The position numbers and the translations under genes were made by a program. Under the pieces are notes generated by a model that saw only the letters and a program-made list of their open reading frames with translations, was not told where the DNA came from and did no database searches. Shown piece by piece: positions 1 through 12,600 of a stretch of DNA of 64,000 nucleotides; positions within the stretch are counted from its first letter, which is position 1, and each line of letters opens with the position of its first letter. This stretch comes from the human T2T-CHM13v2.0 reference genome, Homo sapiens, in assembly GCF_009914755.1 (NCBI RefSeq), contig NC_060948.1; one strand, given 5' to 3'.

Positions 1-3000
1 ATCAAATGGAATTGAATCGAATGTAATCGAATGGATTGGAAAGGAATAGAATGGAATGGAATGTAATTGACTCAAATGGAATGGACTAGAATGGAATGGA
101 GTCGAATGGAAGGCAAAGGAATGGAATCTATTGGAATGGACTGTAATGGAATGGAATGGAAGGGATTGGAATGCACTCGAATGGAATGGACTGCAATAGA
201 AAGGATTCGAATGGAATGAAAAAGAATTGAATGGAATAGAAGAGAATGGAATCAAATCGAATGAAATGGAATGTAATAGAAAGGAATGGAATGAAATGGA
301 ATGGAAAGGATTTGAATGGAATGCAATCGAGTGGAATGCAATCGAATGGAATGGAATCGAACGGAATGGAATAAAATGGAAGCAAACTGGCAAGAAATGG
401 AATCGAAATGAATGGAGTGTTATGGAACGGACTCCAAAGGAATTGAATGTAATAGAATGGAGTGGAGTGGACTCGAATATAATGGACTGGAATGGAATGG
501 AATCACATGGAATGGGAACGAATGGAATGGAATGGAAAGGAATGGAATCGAATGGAAGGGAATGAAATTGAATCAACAGGAATGGAAGGGAATAGAATAG
601 ACTGTAATGCAATGGACTCGAATAGAAAGGACACGAATGTTCAAATTGAATGGACTCGAATGGAATGGAAACGAAAGGAATGTCATCGAATGGAATTGAA
701 TCGATTGGAATGGAATCGCATAGAATGGAGAGGAATGAAATGGAATTGAATCGAATGGACAGGAACCGAATGGACTGAAATGAAATGGAATGGAATTGAA
801 TGGAAAGTTATGCAATGCAATAGAATGGAACGAAATTTCACGGAATGGAATCAAACAGAATGGAATCAAATCAATGGAATATAATCAAATGGAATGGAAT
901 GGAACGGAAAGGAATTGAATGGAATAGATTGGATTGGAAGGGATTGGAATGCAATGGAATGGAAAGGACTCGAATTTCATGAAACAGAATGGAATGAATT
1001 GGAATGGAATGGACTCGAATGGAATGGAATGTCATAGAATGGCATCAAATGGAATGGCATCAAATGGAATGGAATCGAATGCAACGGAATCTTATGGAAT
1101 GGAATGGAATGTATTGGAATGGAATGTCCTCTAATGGAATGGATTCGAGTGGAATGGAATCGAATATAATGGAGTCGAATGAAATGGAATTGAAAGGAAT
1201 GGGATCGAATAGAATGGAATATACTGGAATGTAATGTAATGAAGTCGAATGTAATTGACTGGAATGGAATGTACATGAATGGAATGTAATCGAATGGAAT
1301 AGAATCTAATGCAATAAAACCGACTCAAATGGAATAGAATGTAATGGAATGGAGTGCAGTGCAATGGAATGGAATGGAATGGAATGGAATGGAATGGAAT
1401 GGAATGGAATGGGATGGAATGGGATGGAATGGTATGGAACGGATAATAATGGTCTGTAGTGAAATGGAGTGGAAAGGAATGGACTCAAGTTGAAAGGGCT
1501 CGAAAGGAATGGGGTCAAATGTAATGGTCTGGAATGGAATGAACTCGAATGTAATGCAATCCAATAGAATGGAATCGAATGGAATGGAATATAAAGAAAT
1601 GGAATCGAAGAGAATGGAAACAAATGGAATGGAATTGCATGGAATTGAATCGAATCGAATCGAATGTAATTGAACGGAAAAAATGCAACTGAATAGAATC
1701 GAAAACAATGGATTTGACAGGCATCTAATAGAATGAAATGGAATGCGGTGAGGTGGAGTGGATTGTAATGGAGTTGAATGGAATGCGGTGTAATTGAATT
1801 GAATGGAGTGCAGTGGAGTGAACTGGAGTGGAATGAAATGGAATGGGCAGGCATGGAATTGCAAGGCGTGGAGTGGAGTGGAATTGAGAGGAGTGGAATG
1901 GAGTAGGGTGTATTGTAGTGGAGATTATTGGAAAAGAGTGGAGTGGAACGGAATGGAATGGAGTGGAGTGGAATGGAATGGAATTGAGTGAAGTGGAGTG
2001 GAGTGGAATGGAGAGTAATGGAGTGGAGTGGACTTGATTGGAGTAGATAGCAGTGCATTGGACTGTACGGGATAGAAGTGGCTTGGAGTGCCATGGAGTG
2101 GAGTGGAATGGAATGGAATGGAGAGGAATGGACTGGAAAGGAATGGAATGGAATGGATTTAAATGACAGGGATTCAAATCGAATTGAATCATATTGGAAC
2201 AAGTTGAATCGACTAGAGGAAAGAAATCGAATGAAATCGAATGGAATGAATGCAAGAGAGTGCAATGTTATAGAATGGAATGGAGACAGATGGAATGGAA
2301 TGGAACAGAGAGCAATGGTATAGAATGCAATGGAATCATAAGGAAAGGAATTGAATGGAATGGAATAATATGAAATGGAATGGAATGCCCTTGCATTAAA
2401 TGGACTGGAATGGAATGGACTGGAACAGAGTGGAATGGAAAGGATTGAAATAGAATGGAATGGACTCCTTTGGAATGGTCTAGTATGGATGCAATCGACT
2501 GGCAGGGAATCAAAAGGAATGTAATCGAATGGATTGGACTGGAATGCAATGGACTCGAATAGATTGGAAACGGAATGCAATGGAATGGAATGGAATAGTA
2601 TGGAATGGAATGGAAAGGAATGGAGCAGAATAGACTAGAGTGGAATGGAATGGACTCGAAAGCAATGGACTGGAATGGAACGGTCTTGAATGGACTGGAA
2701 TCAAACGGAAAGGAATGGAATGCAATGCAATCAAATGGAATGGAATAAAATAGAATGAAAGAGAATCAAATGGAATTGAATCGAATGGAATCGAATGGAT
2801 TGGAAAGGAATAGAATGGAATGGAATGTAATTGACTCAAATGGAATGGACTAGAATGGAATGGAGTCGAATGGAAGGCAAAGGAATGGAATCTATTGGAA
2901 TGGACTGTAATGGAATGGAATGGAAGGGATTGGAATGCACTCGAATGGAATGGACTGCAATAGAAAGGATTCGAATGGAATGAAAAAGAATTGAATGGAA

Positions 3001-3679
3001 TAGAAGAGAATGGAATCAAATCGAATGAAATGGAATGGAATAGAAAGGAATGGAATGAAGTGGAATGGAAAGGATTTGAATGGAATGCAATCGAATGGAA
3101 TGCAATCGAATGGAATGGAATCGAACGGAATGGAATAAAATGGAAGCAAACTGGCAAGAAATGGAATCGAAATGAATGGAGTGTTATGGAACGGACTCCA
3201 AAGGAATAGAATGTAATAGAATGGAGTGGAGTGGACTCGAATATAATGGACTGGAATGGAATGGAATCACATGGAATGGGAACGAATGGAATGGAATGGA
3301 AAGGAATGGAATCGAATGGAAGGGAATGAAATTGAATCAACAGGAATGGAAGGGAATAGAATAGACTGTAATGGAATGGACTCGAATAGAAAGGACACGA
3401 ATGTTCAAATTGAATGGACTCGAATGGAATGGAAACGAAAGGAATGTCATCGAATGGAATTGAATCGATTGGAATGGAATCGCATAGAATGGAGAGGAAT
3501 CAAATGGAATTGAATCGAATGGAAAGGAACCGAATGGACTGAAATGAAATGGAATGGAATTGAATGGATAGTAATGCAATGCAATAGAATGGAACGAAAT
3601 TTCACGGAATGGAATGAAACAGAATGGAATCAAATCAATGGAATATAATCAAATGGAATGGAATGGAATGGAAAGGAAT
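1..3679 (+). repeat. 2,764-bp DYZ1-related HSat3 unit (one full copy 1-2764, partial second copy 2765-3679); probably the '2.7-kb repeat' of the Yq11/Yq12 transition
   Basis: Sequence at 1 recurs at 2765 (ORF pairs 128/2892, 412/3176 and 573/3337 are all offset by 2764). It is colinear with DYZ1 except that 1640-2280 replaces DYZ1 ~4790-6200, and it lacks the AGGCCT and GAATTC sites. Diagnostic bases are shared by both copies (gactgtaat, aaggacacgaatgttc, ggaaccgaat, agaagagaat). The naming rests on recalled descriptions of complete Y assemblies. Confidence 0.8.
1745..2105 (+). repeat. GGAGT-rich diverged pentamer block within the 2.7-kb unit
   Basis: Dense GGAGT/GTGGA pentamers (e.g. gtggagtggagtggaattgagaggagtggaatggagtagggtg) that have no counterpart in the DYZ1 units. 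Confidence 0.9.
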
Positions 3680-4036
3680 CGAATGGAAGGGAATGAAATT
3701 GAATCAACAGGAATGGAAGGGAATAGAATAGACGGTAATGGAATGGACTCGAATAGAATGGACACGAATGCTCAAATTGAATGGACTCGAATGGAATGGA
3801 AACGAAAGGAATGTCATCGAATGGAATTGAATCGATTGGAATGAAATCGCATAGAATGGAGTGGAATCAAATGGAATTGAATCGAAAGGAAAGGAAGTGA
3901 ATGGACTGAAATGAAATGGAATGGAATTGAATGGAAAGTAATGCAATGGAATAGAATGGAACGAAATTTCACGGAATGGAAGCAAACTGAATGGAATCAA
4001 ATCAATGGAATATAATCAAATGGAATGGAAAGGAAT
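3313..4036 (+). repeat. ~360-bp direct duplication at the subfamily junction (3313-3679 is 2.7-kb type; 3680-4036 is DYZ1 type)
   Basis: cgaatggaagggaatgaaattgaatcaacagg starts at both 3313 and 3680 (offset 367; ORFs 3337..3633 and 3704..4000). This segment is single-copy in every other unit. Confidence 0.9.
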
Positions 4037-4800
4037 TGAATGGAGTAGAAGGGATTGGATGGGATTGGAATGAAATGTACTGGAAAGGACTCGAATTTCA
4101 TGAAACGGAATGGAATGAATTGGAACGGAATGGACTCGAATGGAATGGAATGTCATGGAATGGCATCAAATGGAATGGCATCAAATGGAATGGAATCGAA
4201 TGCAATGGAATGCTATGGAATGGAATGGAATGCATTGGAATGGAATGTCCTCTAATGGAATGGATTCGAGTGGAATGGAATCGAATATAATGGAGTCGAA
4301 TGAAATGGAATTGAAAGGAATGGGATCGAATACAATGGAATATACTGGAATGTAATGTAATGAACTCGAATGTAATTGACTGGAATGGAATGTACATGAA
4401 TGGAATGTAATCGAATGGAAAGTAATCCAATGTAATAGAATCTAATGCAACAAAATCGACTCAGACAGAGTAGAATGTAATGGAATGGAGTGCAGTGCAA
4501 TGGAATGGAATGGAATGGAATGCAATGGAATGGAATGGAATGGAATGGAATGGAATGGAATGGAATGGAATGGGATGGAATGGAATGGAATGGGTAGTAA
4601 TGGACTGGAGTGAAATGGACTGGAAAGGAATGGACTCAAATTGAAAGGGCTCGAAAGGAATGGAGTCAAATGGAATGGTCTGGAATGGAATGAACACGAA
4701 TGTAATGCAATCCAATAGAATGGAATCGAATGGCATGGAATATAAAGAAATGGAATCGAAGAGAATGGAAACAAACGGAATGGAATTGAATGGAATGGAA

Positions 4801-4954
4801 TTGAATGGAATGGGAACGAATGGAGTGAAATTGTATGCAGTAGAAGAGAATAGAATGGAATGCAAGCGAAAGGAAAAGAATGGATTGGAATGGAATGGAA
4901 TTCATGGGAATGGAAGGGAATGTAGTGTAATGGACAGGCCTGGAATAAAGTGGA
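4801..4954 (+). other. Classical DYZ1 sexing-PCR target (154 bp), repeated once per unit
   Basis: TTGAATGGAATGGGAACGAATGG at 4801-4823 and GGACAGGCCTGGAATAAAGTGGA at 4932-4954 match my recollection of the Y1.2 primer and the reverse complement of the Y1.1 primer. Confidence 0.75.
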
Positions 4955-5310
4955 ATGCTACGGTCTCGAATGGAATAAAAATGTATGGAATGGAATGCAA
5001 TGAAACGGAATCGAATGTCATAGAATGTAATGGAATGCAAAAAATGGACTCCAAAATCATTGACTGGAAAGGCTGGGTGTCGAAAGGAATTGACTCCAAT
5101 GGAATGGAATCGAATGGAATGGAAGTGAATAGAATCGAACTAAGTCGAATGGAATGGAATTGATAGGAACGGAATGGAAAGGAATACAATGATTTGGCAT
5201 GGAATGGAATCGAATGGCATCGAATGGAATGGAATGGAATGCAAAGGAATGGAATGTATTAGAATGTAATGAACTTTAATGGAGTGTACTCGAATGGATT
5301 CGACTGGAAT

Positions 5311-5325
5311 GGAATGTTCTGGAAG
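5311..5325. promoter_or_regulatory. Perfect heat-shock element motif HSE-a, gGAAtgTTCtgGAAg (first of 17 copies)
   Basis: Exact match to nGAAnnTTCnnGAAn. Further copies start at 8840, 12384, 15953, 19482, 23056, 26585, 30159, 33733, 37262, 40840, 44374, 47953, 51487, 55061, 58636 and 62160. The motif is seen directly; binding is inferred. Confidence 0.6.
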
Positions 5326-5590
5326 TGAATGGACTCCAATGGAATGGATTGAAAAGGAATGGAATCGTACGGAATGGAATCTAATGGAATGGAATTAAAT
5401 GGAAATGAATCAAATTGAATAGCACGGAATTGAATTGAATGGAATCGAATGCAATGGAATCTAATGAAACGGAAAGGAAAGGAATGGAATGGAATGGAAT
5501 GGGCTGGAATGGAAAGGAATCGAAACGAATGGAATGGAATCGAACTGAAGAGACTGGAATGGAATGCACTGGAATGGAAGGGAGTGTAAT

Positions 5591-5605
5591 GGAAAGTTCT
5601 CGAAA
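5591..5605. promoter_or_regulatory. Perfect heat-shock element motif HSE-b, gGAArgTTCtcGAAr (first of 17 copies)
   Basis: Exact match to nGAAnnTTCnnGAAn, 280 bp after HSE-a. Further copies start at 9120, 12664, 16233, 19762, 23336, 26865, 30439, 34013, 37542, 41120, 44654, 48233, 51767, 55341, 58916 and 62440. Confidence 0.6.
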
Positions 5606-6606
5606 AAAATGGAATCGAATGGAATGGAATTGAATGGAACGGAATAGAGTCGAATAGAATTGAATGGAATGGAATGGACTAGCGTGAAATGGAATCGAAC
5701 CACAAGGAATGGACAGGAATAGAATGGTCTCGAATTGAATGGAATGGTATGGAATGGCATCAAACGGAATGGAATGGACAGCCACGGAATGGAATGCACT
5801 CGAATGCAATGGAGTCGAAACTAATGGACTGGAATAGAATGGACTCGACTGCTACGGACTCCAATGGAATGGAATCGAATGGAAGGGAATCGAACGGAAT
5901 GGACTCGAAGGGAAAAGACTGCAATGGAAAGGTCTCGAATGGAATGGAAATTAATGGAATGGAATCGAATGAAATGGAGTCAAAAGGAATGGAATCGAAT
6001 GGCAAGAAATCGAATGTAATGGAATCGCAAGGAATTGATGTGAACGGAACGGAATGGAATGGAATCCAAAGGAATGGAATAGAATGGAATGGAATCGACT
6101 GGGAAGGACTCGAATGGAAATCACTCGAATAGAATGCAATTTAATAAAATAGGATCAAATGTAATGGAATGGAATGGAAAGGAATCGAAACGAAAGGAAT
6201 GGAGACAGATGGAATGGAATGGAACAGAGAGCAATGGTATAGAATGGAATGGAATCATCTGGAATGGAATTGAATGGAATGGAATAATATGAAATGGAAT
6301 GGAATGGAATGGAATGCCCTTAAATTAAATGGACTGGAATGGAATGGACTCGAACAGAGTGGAATGGAAAGTGTTGAGATAGAATGGAATGGACTCGTTT
6401 GGAATGGTCTAGTATGCAATGCAATGGACTGGCAGAGAATCAAAAGGAATGTAATCGAATGGATTGGACTGGAATGCAATGGACTCGAATAGATTGGAAA
6501 CGGAATGCAAAGGAATGGAATGGAATAGTATGGAATGGAATGGAAAGGAATGGAGTGGAATAGACTAGAGTGGAATGGAATGGACTCGAAAGCAATGGAC
6601 TGGAAT

Positions 6607-6621
6607 GGAACTTTCTTGAAT
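6607..6621. promoter_or_regulatory. Perfect heat-shock element motif HSE-c, gGAActTTCttGAAt (first of 17 copies)
   Basis: Exact match to nGAAnnTTCnnGAAn. Further copies start at 10141, 13685 (gGAAcaTTCctGAAt), 17254, 20783, 24357, 27886, 31460, 35034, 38563, 42141, 45675, 49254, 52788, 56362, 59937 and 63461. Confidence 0.6.
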
Positions 6622-9600
6622 GGACTGGAATCAAACGGAATGGAATGCAATGCAATCAAATGGCATGGAATAAAATAGAATGAAAGAGAATCAAATGGAA
6701 TTGAATCGAATGGAATCGAATGGATTGGAAAGGAATAGAATGGAATGGAATGGAATTGACTCAAATGGAATGGACTAGAATGGAATGGATTCGAATGGAA
6801 GGCAAAGGAATGGAATCTATTCGAATGGACTGCAATGGAATGGAATGGAAGGGATTGGAATGGACTCGAATGGAATGGACTGCTATAGAAAGGATTCGAA
6901 TGGAATGAAAAAGAATTGAATGGAATAGAACAGAATGGAATCAAATCGAATGAAATGGAATGGAATAGAAAGGAATGGAATGAAATGGAATGGAAAGGAT
7001 TCGAATGGAATGCAATCGAATGGAATGGAATCGAACGGAATGGAATAAAATGGAAGAAAACTGGCAAGAAATGGAATCGAAATGAATGGAGTGTTATGGA
7101 ACGGACTCAAAAGGAATTGAATGTAATAGAATGGAGTGGAGTGGACTCGAATATAATGGACTGGAATGGAATGAAATCACATGGAATGGGAACGAATGGA
7201 ATGGAATGGAAAGGAATGGAATCGAAGGGAAAGGAATCGAATGGAAGGGAATGAAATTGAATCAACAGGAATGGAAGGGAATAGAATAGACGGTAATGGA
7301 ATGGACTCGAATAGAATGGACACGAATGCTCAAATTGAATGGACTCGAATGGAATGGAAACGAAAGGAATGTCATGGAATGGAATTGAATCGATTGGAAT
7401 GATATGGCATAGAATGGAGTGGAATCAAATGGAATTGAATCGAAAGGAAAGGAAGCGAATGTACTGAAATGAAATGGAATGGAATTGAATGGAAAGTAAT
7501 GCAATGGAATAGAATGGAACGAAATTTCACGGAATGGAATCAAACTGAATGGAATCAAATCAATGGAATATAATCAAATGGAATGGAAAGGAATTGAATG
7601 GAGTAGATGGGATTGGATGGGATTGGAATGAAATGTACTGGAAAGGACTCGAATTTCATGAAACGGAATGGAATGAATTGGAACGGAATGGACTCGAATG
7701 GAATGGAATGTCATGGAATGGCATCAAATGGAATGGCATCAAATGGAATGGAATCGAATGCAATGGAATGCTATGGAATGGAATGGAACGCATTGGAATG
7801 CAATGTCCTCTAATGGAATGGATTCGAGTGGAATGGAATCAAATATAATGGATTCGAATGAAATGGAATTGAAAGGAATGGGATCGAATACAATGGAATA
7901 TACTGGAAAGTAATGTAATGACCTCGAATGTAATTGACTGGAATGGAATGTACATGAATGGAATGTAATCGAATGGAAAGTAATCCAATGGAATAGAATC
8001 TAATGCAATAAAATCGACTCAGATAGAGTAGAATGTAATGGAATGGAGTGCAGTGCAATGGAATGGAATGTAATGGAATGCAATGGAATGGAATGGAATG
8101 GGATGGAATGGTATGGAATGGATAGTAATGGACTGGAGTGAAATGGACTGGAAAGGAATGGACTCAAATTGAAAGGGCTCGAAAGGAATGGAGTCAAATG
8201 GAATGGTCTGGAATGGAATGAACACGAATGTAATGCAATCCAATAGAATGGAATCGAATGGCATGGAATATAAAGAAATTGAATCGAGGAGAATGGAAAC
8301 AAACGGAATGGAATTGAATGGAATGGAATTGAATGGAATGGGAACGAATGGAGTGAAATTGTATGCAGTAGAAGAGAATAGAATGGAATGCAAGCGAAAG
8401 GAAAGGAATGGATTGGAATGGAATGGAATTCATTGGAATGGAAGGGAATGTAGTGTAATGGACAGGCCTGGAATAAAGTGGAATGCTACGGTCTCGAATG
8501 GAATAAAAATGTATGGAATGGAATGCAATGAAACGGAATCGAATGTCATAGAATGTAATGGAATGCAAAAAAATGGAATCCAAAATCATTGACTGGAAAG
8601 GCTGGGTGTTGAAACGAATTGACTCCAATGGAATGGAATCGAATGGAATGGAAGTGAATAGAATCGAACTAAATCGAATGGAATGGAATTGATAGTAACG
8701 GAATGGAAAGGAATGAAATGATTTGGCATGGAATGGAATCGAACGGCATCGAATGGAATGGAATGGAATGCAATGCAATGGAATGTATTAGAATGCAATG
8801 AACTTTAAAGGAATGTACTCGAATGGATTCGACTGGAATGGAATGTTCTGGAAGTGAATGGACTCCAATGGAATGGATTGAAAAGGAATGGAATCGTACG
8901 GAATGGAATCTAATGGAATGGAATTAAATGGAAATGAATCAAATTGAATAGCACGGAATTGAATTGAATGGAATCGAATGCAATGGAATCTAATGAAACG
9001 GAAAGGAAAGGAATGGAATAGAATGGAATGGGCTGGAATGGAAAGGAATCGAAACGAATGGAATGGAATCGAACTGAGGAGACTGGAATGGAATGCACTG
9101 GAATGGAAGGGAGTGTAATGGAAGGTTCTCGAAAAAAATGGAAACGAATGGAATGGAATTGAATGGAACGGAATAGAGTCGAATGGAATTGAATGGAATG
9201 GAGTGGACTAGAGTGAAATGGAATCGAACCACAAGGAATGGACAGGAATAGAATGGTCTCGAATTGAATGGAATCGTATGGAATGGCATCAAACGGAATG
9301 GAATGGACAGCCACGGGATGGAATGCACTCGAATGCAATGGAGTCGAAACTAATGGACTGGAATAGAATGGACTCGACTGGTACGGACTCCAATGGAATG
9401 GAATCGAATGGAAGGGAATCGAACGGAATGGACTCGAAGGGAAAAGACTGCAATGGAAAGGTCTCGAATGGAATGGAAATTAATGGAATGGAATGGAATC
9501 GAATGAAATGGAGTCAAAAGGAATGGAATCGAATGGCAAGAAATCGAATGTAATGGAATCGCAAGGAATTGATGTGAACGGAACGGAATGTAATGGAATC

Positions 9601-12600
9601 CAAAGGAATGGAATAGAATGGAATGGAATCGAATGGAAAGGACTCGAATGGAAATCACTCGAATAGAATGCAATTTAATAAAATAGAATGAAATGTAATG
9701 GAATGGAATGGAAAGGAATCGAAACGAAAGGAATGGAGACAGATGGAATGGAATGGAACAGAGAGCAATGGTATAGAATGGAATGGAATCATCTGGAATG
9801 GAATTGAATGGAATGGAATAATATGAAATGGAATGGAATGGAATGGAATGCCCTTGAATTAAATGGACTGGAATGGAATGGACTCGAACAGAGTGGAATG
9901 GAAAATGTTGAGATAGAATGGAATGGACTCGTTTGGAATGGTCTAGTATGCAATGCAATGGACTGGCAGGGAATCAAAAGGAATGTAATCGAATGGATTG
10001 GACTGGAATGCAATGGACTCGAATAGATTGGAAACGGAATGCAAAGGAATGGAATGGAATAGTATGGAATGGAATGGAAAGGAATGGAGTGGAATAGACT
10101 AGAGTGGAATGGAATGGACTCGAAAGCAATGGACTGGAATGGAACTTTCTTGAATGGACTGGAATCAAACGGAATGGAATGCAATGCAATCAAATGGCAT
10201 GGAATAAAATAGAATGAAAGAGAATCAAATGGAATTGAATCGAATGGAATCGAATGGATTGGAAAGGAATAGAATGGAATGGAATGGAATTGACTCAAAT
10301 GGAATGGACTAGAATGGAATGGATTCGAATGGAAGGCAAAGGAATGGAATCTATTGGAATGGACTGCAATGGAATGGAATGGAAGGGATTGGAATGGACT
10401 CGAATGGAATGGACTGCAATAGAAAGGATTCGAATGGAATGAAAAAGAATTCAATGGAATAGAACAGAATGGAATCAAATCGAATGAAATGGAATGGAAT
10501 AGAAAGGAATGGAATGAAATGGAATGGAAAGGATTCGAATGGAATGCAATCGAATGGAATGCAATCGAACGGAATGGAATAAAATGGAAGAAAACTGGCA
10601 AGGAATGGAATCGAAATGAATGGAGTGTTATGGAACGGACTCCAAAGGAATTGAATGTAATAGAATGGAGTGGAGTGGACTCGAATATAATGGACTGGAA
10701 TGGAATGAAATCACATAGAATGGGAACGAATGGAATGGAATGGAAAGGAATGGAATCGAATGGAAAGGAATCGAATGGAAGGGAATGAAATTGAATCAAC
10801 AGGAATGGAAGGGAATAGAATAGACGGTAATGGAATGGACTCGAATAGAATGGACACGAATGCTCAAATTGAATGGACTCGAATGGAATGGAAACGAAAG
10901 GAATGTCATGGAATGGAATTGAATCGATTGGAATGAAATGGCATAGAATGGAGTGGAATCAAATGGAATTGAATCGAAAGGAAAGGAAGCGAATGGACTG
11001 AAATGAAATGGAATGGAATTGAATGGAAAGTAATGCAATGGAATAGAATGGAACGAAATTTCACGGAATGGAATCAAACTGAATGGAATCAAATCAATGG
11101 AATATAATCAAATGGAATGGAAAGGAATTGAATGGAGTAGATGGGATTAGATGGGATTGGAATGAAATGTACTGGAAAGGACTCGAAGTTCATGAAACGG
11201 AATGGAATGAATTGGAACGGAATGAACTCGAATGGAATGGAATGTCATGGAATGGCATCAAATGGAATGGCATCAAATGGAATGGAATCGAATGCAATGG
11301 AATGCTATGGAATGGAATGGAATGCATTGGAATGGAATGTCCTCTAATGGAATGGATTCGAGTGAAATGGAATCGAATATAATGGAGTCGAATGAAATGG
11401 AATTGAAAGGAATGGGATCGAATACAATGCAATATACTGGAATGTAATGTAATGAACTCGAATGTAATTGAATGGAATGGAATGTACATGAATGGAATGT
11501 AATCGAATGGAAAGTAATCCAATGGAATAGAATCTAATGCAATAAAAACGACTCAGATAGAGTAGAATGTAATGGAATGGAGTGCAGTGCAATGGAATGG
11601 AATGGAATGGAATGGAATGCAATGGAATGGAATGGAATGGAACGGAATGGAATGGAATGGGATGGAATGGTATAGAATGGGTAGTAATGGAGTGGAGTGA
11701 AATGGACTGGAAAGGAATGGACTCAAATTGAAAGGGCTCGAAAGGAATGGAGTCAAATGGAATGGTCTGGAATGGAATGAACACGAATGTAATGCAATCC
11801 AATAGAATGGAATCGAATGGCATGGAATATAAAGAAATGGAATCGAAGAGAATGGAAACAAACGGAATGGAATTGAATGGAATGGGAACGAATGGAGTGA
11901 AATTGTATGCAGTAGAAGAGAATAGAATGGAATGCAAGCGAAAGGAAAGGAATGGATTGGAATGGAATGGAATTCATTGGAATGGAAGGGAATGTAGTGT
12001 AATGGACAGGCCTGGAATAAAGTGGAATGCTACGGTCTCGAATGGAATAAAAATGTATGGAATGGAATGCAATGAAACGGAATCGAATGTCATAGAATGT
12101 AATGGAATGGAAAAAAAGGGACTCCAAAATCATTGACTGGAAAGGCTGGGTGTCGAAAGGAATTGACTCCAATGGAATGGAATCGAATGGAATGGAAGTG
12201 AATAGAATCGAACTAAATCGAATGGAATGGAATTGATAGGAACGGAATGGAAAGGAATGCAATGATTTGGCATGGAATGGAATCGAATGGCATCGAATGG
12301 AATGGAATGGAATGCAATGGAATGGAATGTGTTAGAATGTAATGAACTTTAATGGAATGTACTCGAATGGATTCGACTGGAATGGAATGTTCTGGAAGTG
12401 AATGGACTCCAATGGAATGGATTGAAAAGGAATGGAATCGTACGGAATGGAATCTAATGGAATGGAATTAAATGGAAATGAATGAAATTGAATAGCACGG
12501 AATTGAATTGAATGGAATCGAATGCAATGGAATCTAATGAAACGGAAAGGAAAGGAATGGAATGGAATGGAATGGGCTGGAATGGAAAGGAATCGAAACG

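Noticed and set aside
4160-4190. Short internal duplications (15-bp ggcatcaaatggaat x2; 10-bp gggattggat x2; 15-bp ggaattgaatggaat x2, one copy lost at ~11870)
   Set aside because: These are ordinary slippage products in multiples of 5 bp. I could not establish a larger internal sub-period (e.g. ~1.8 kb) by eye.
4944-4949. AATAAA polyadenylation-like hexamers several times per unit, and possible satellite transcripts
   Set aside because: They are near-trivial variants of GGAAT-AAA pentamers. Transcript boundaries cannot be supported from sequence alone, although Yq12 satellite transcription has been reported.
5036-5046. A6 instead of A7 in the first DYZ1 unit, extending ORF 4660..5163 to 167 aa
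   Set aside because: A single homopolymer-length difference that may be slippage or a sequencing error; it has no coding significance.
7253-7265. DUX4-like motif (aAATTGAATCA) once per unit
   Set aside because: It mismatches the TAA start of the DUX4 consensus and arises easily from gaaat-tgaat-caa pentamer variants.
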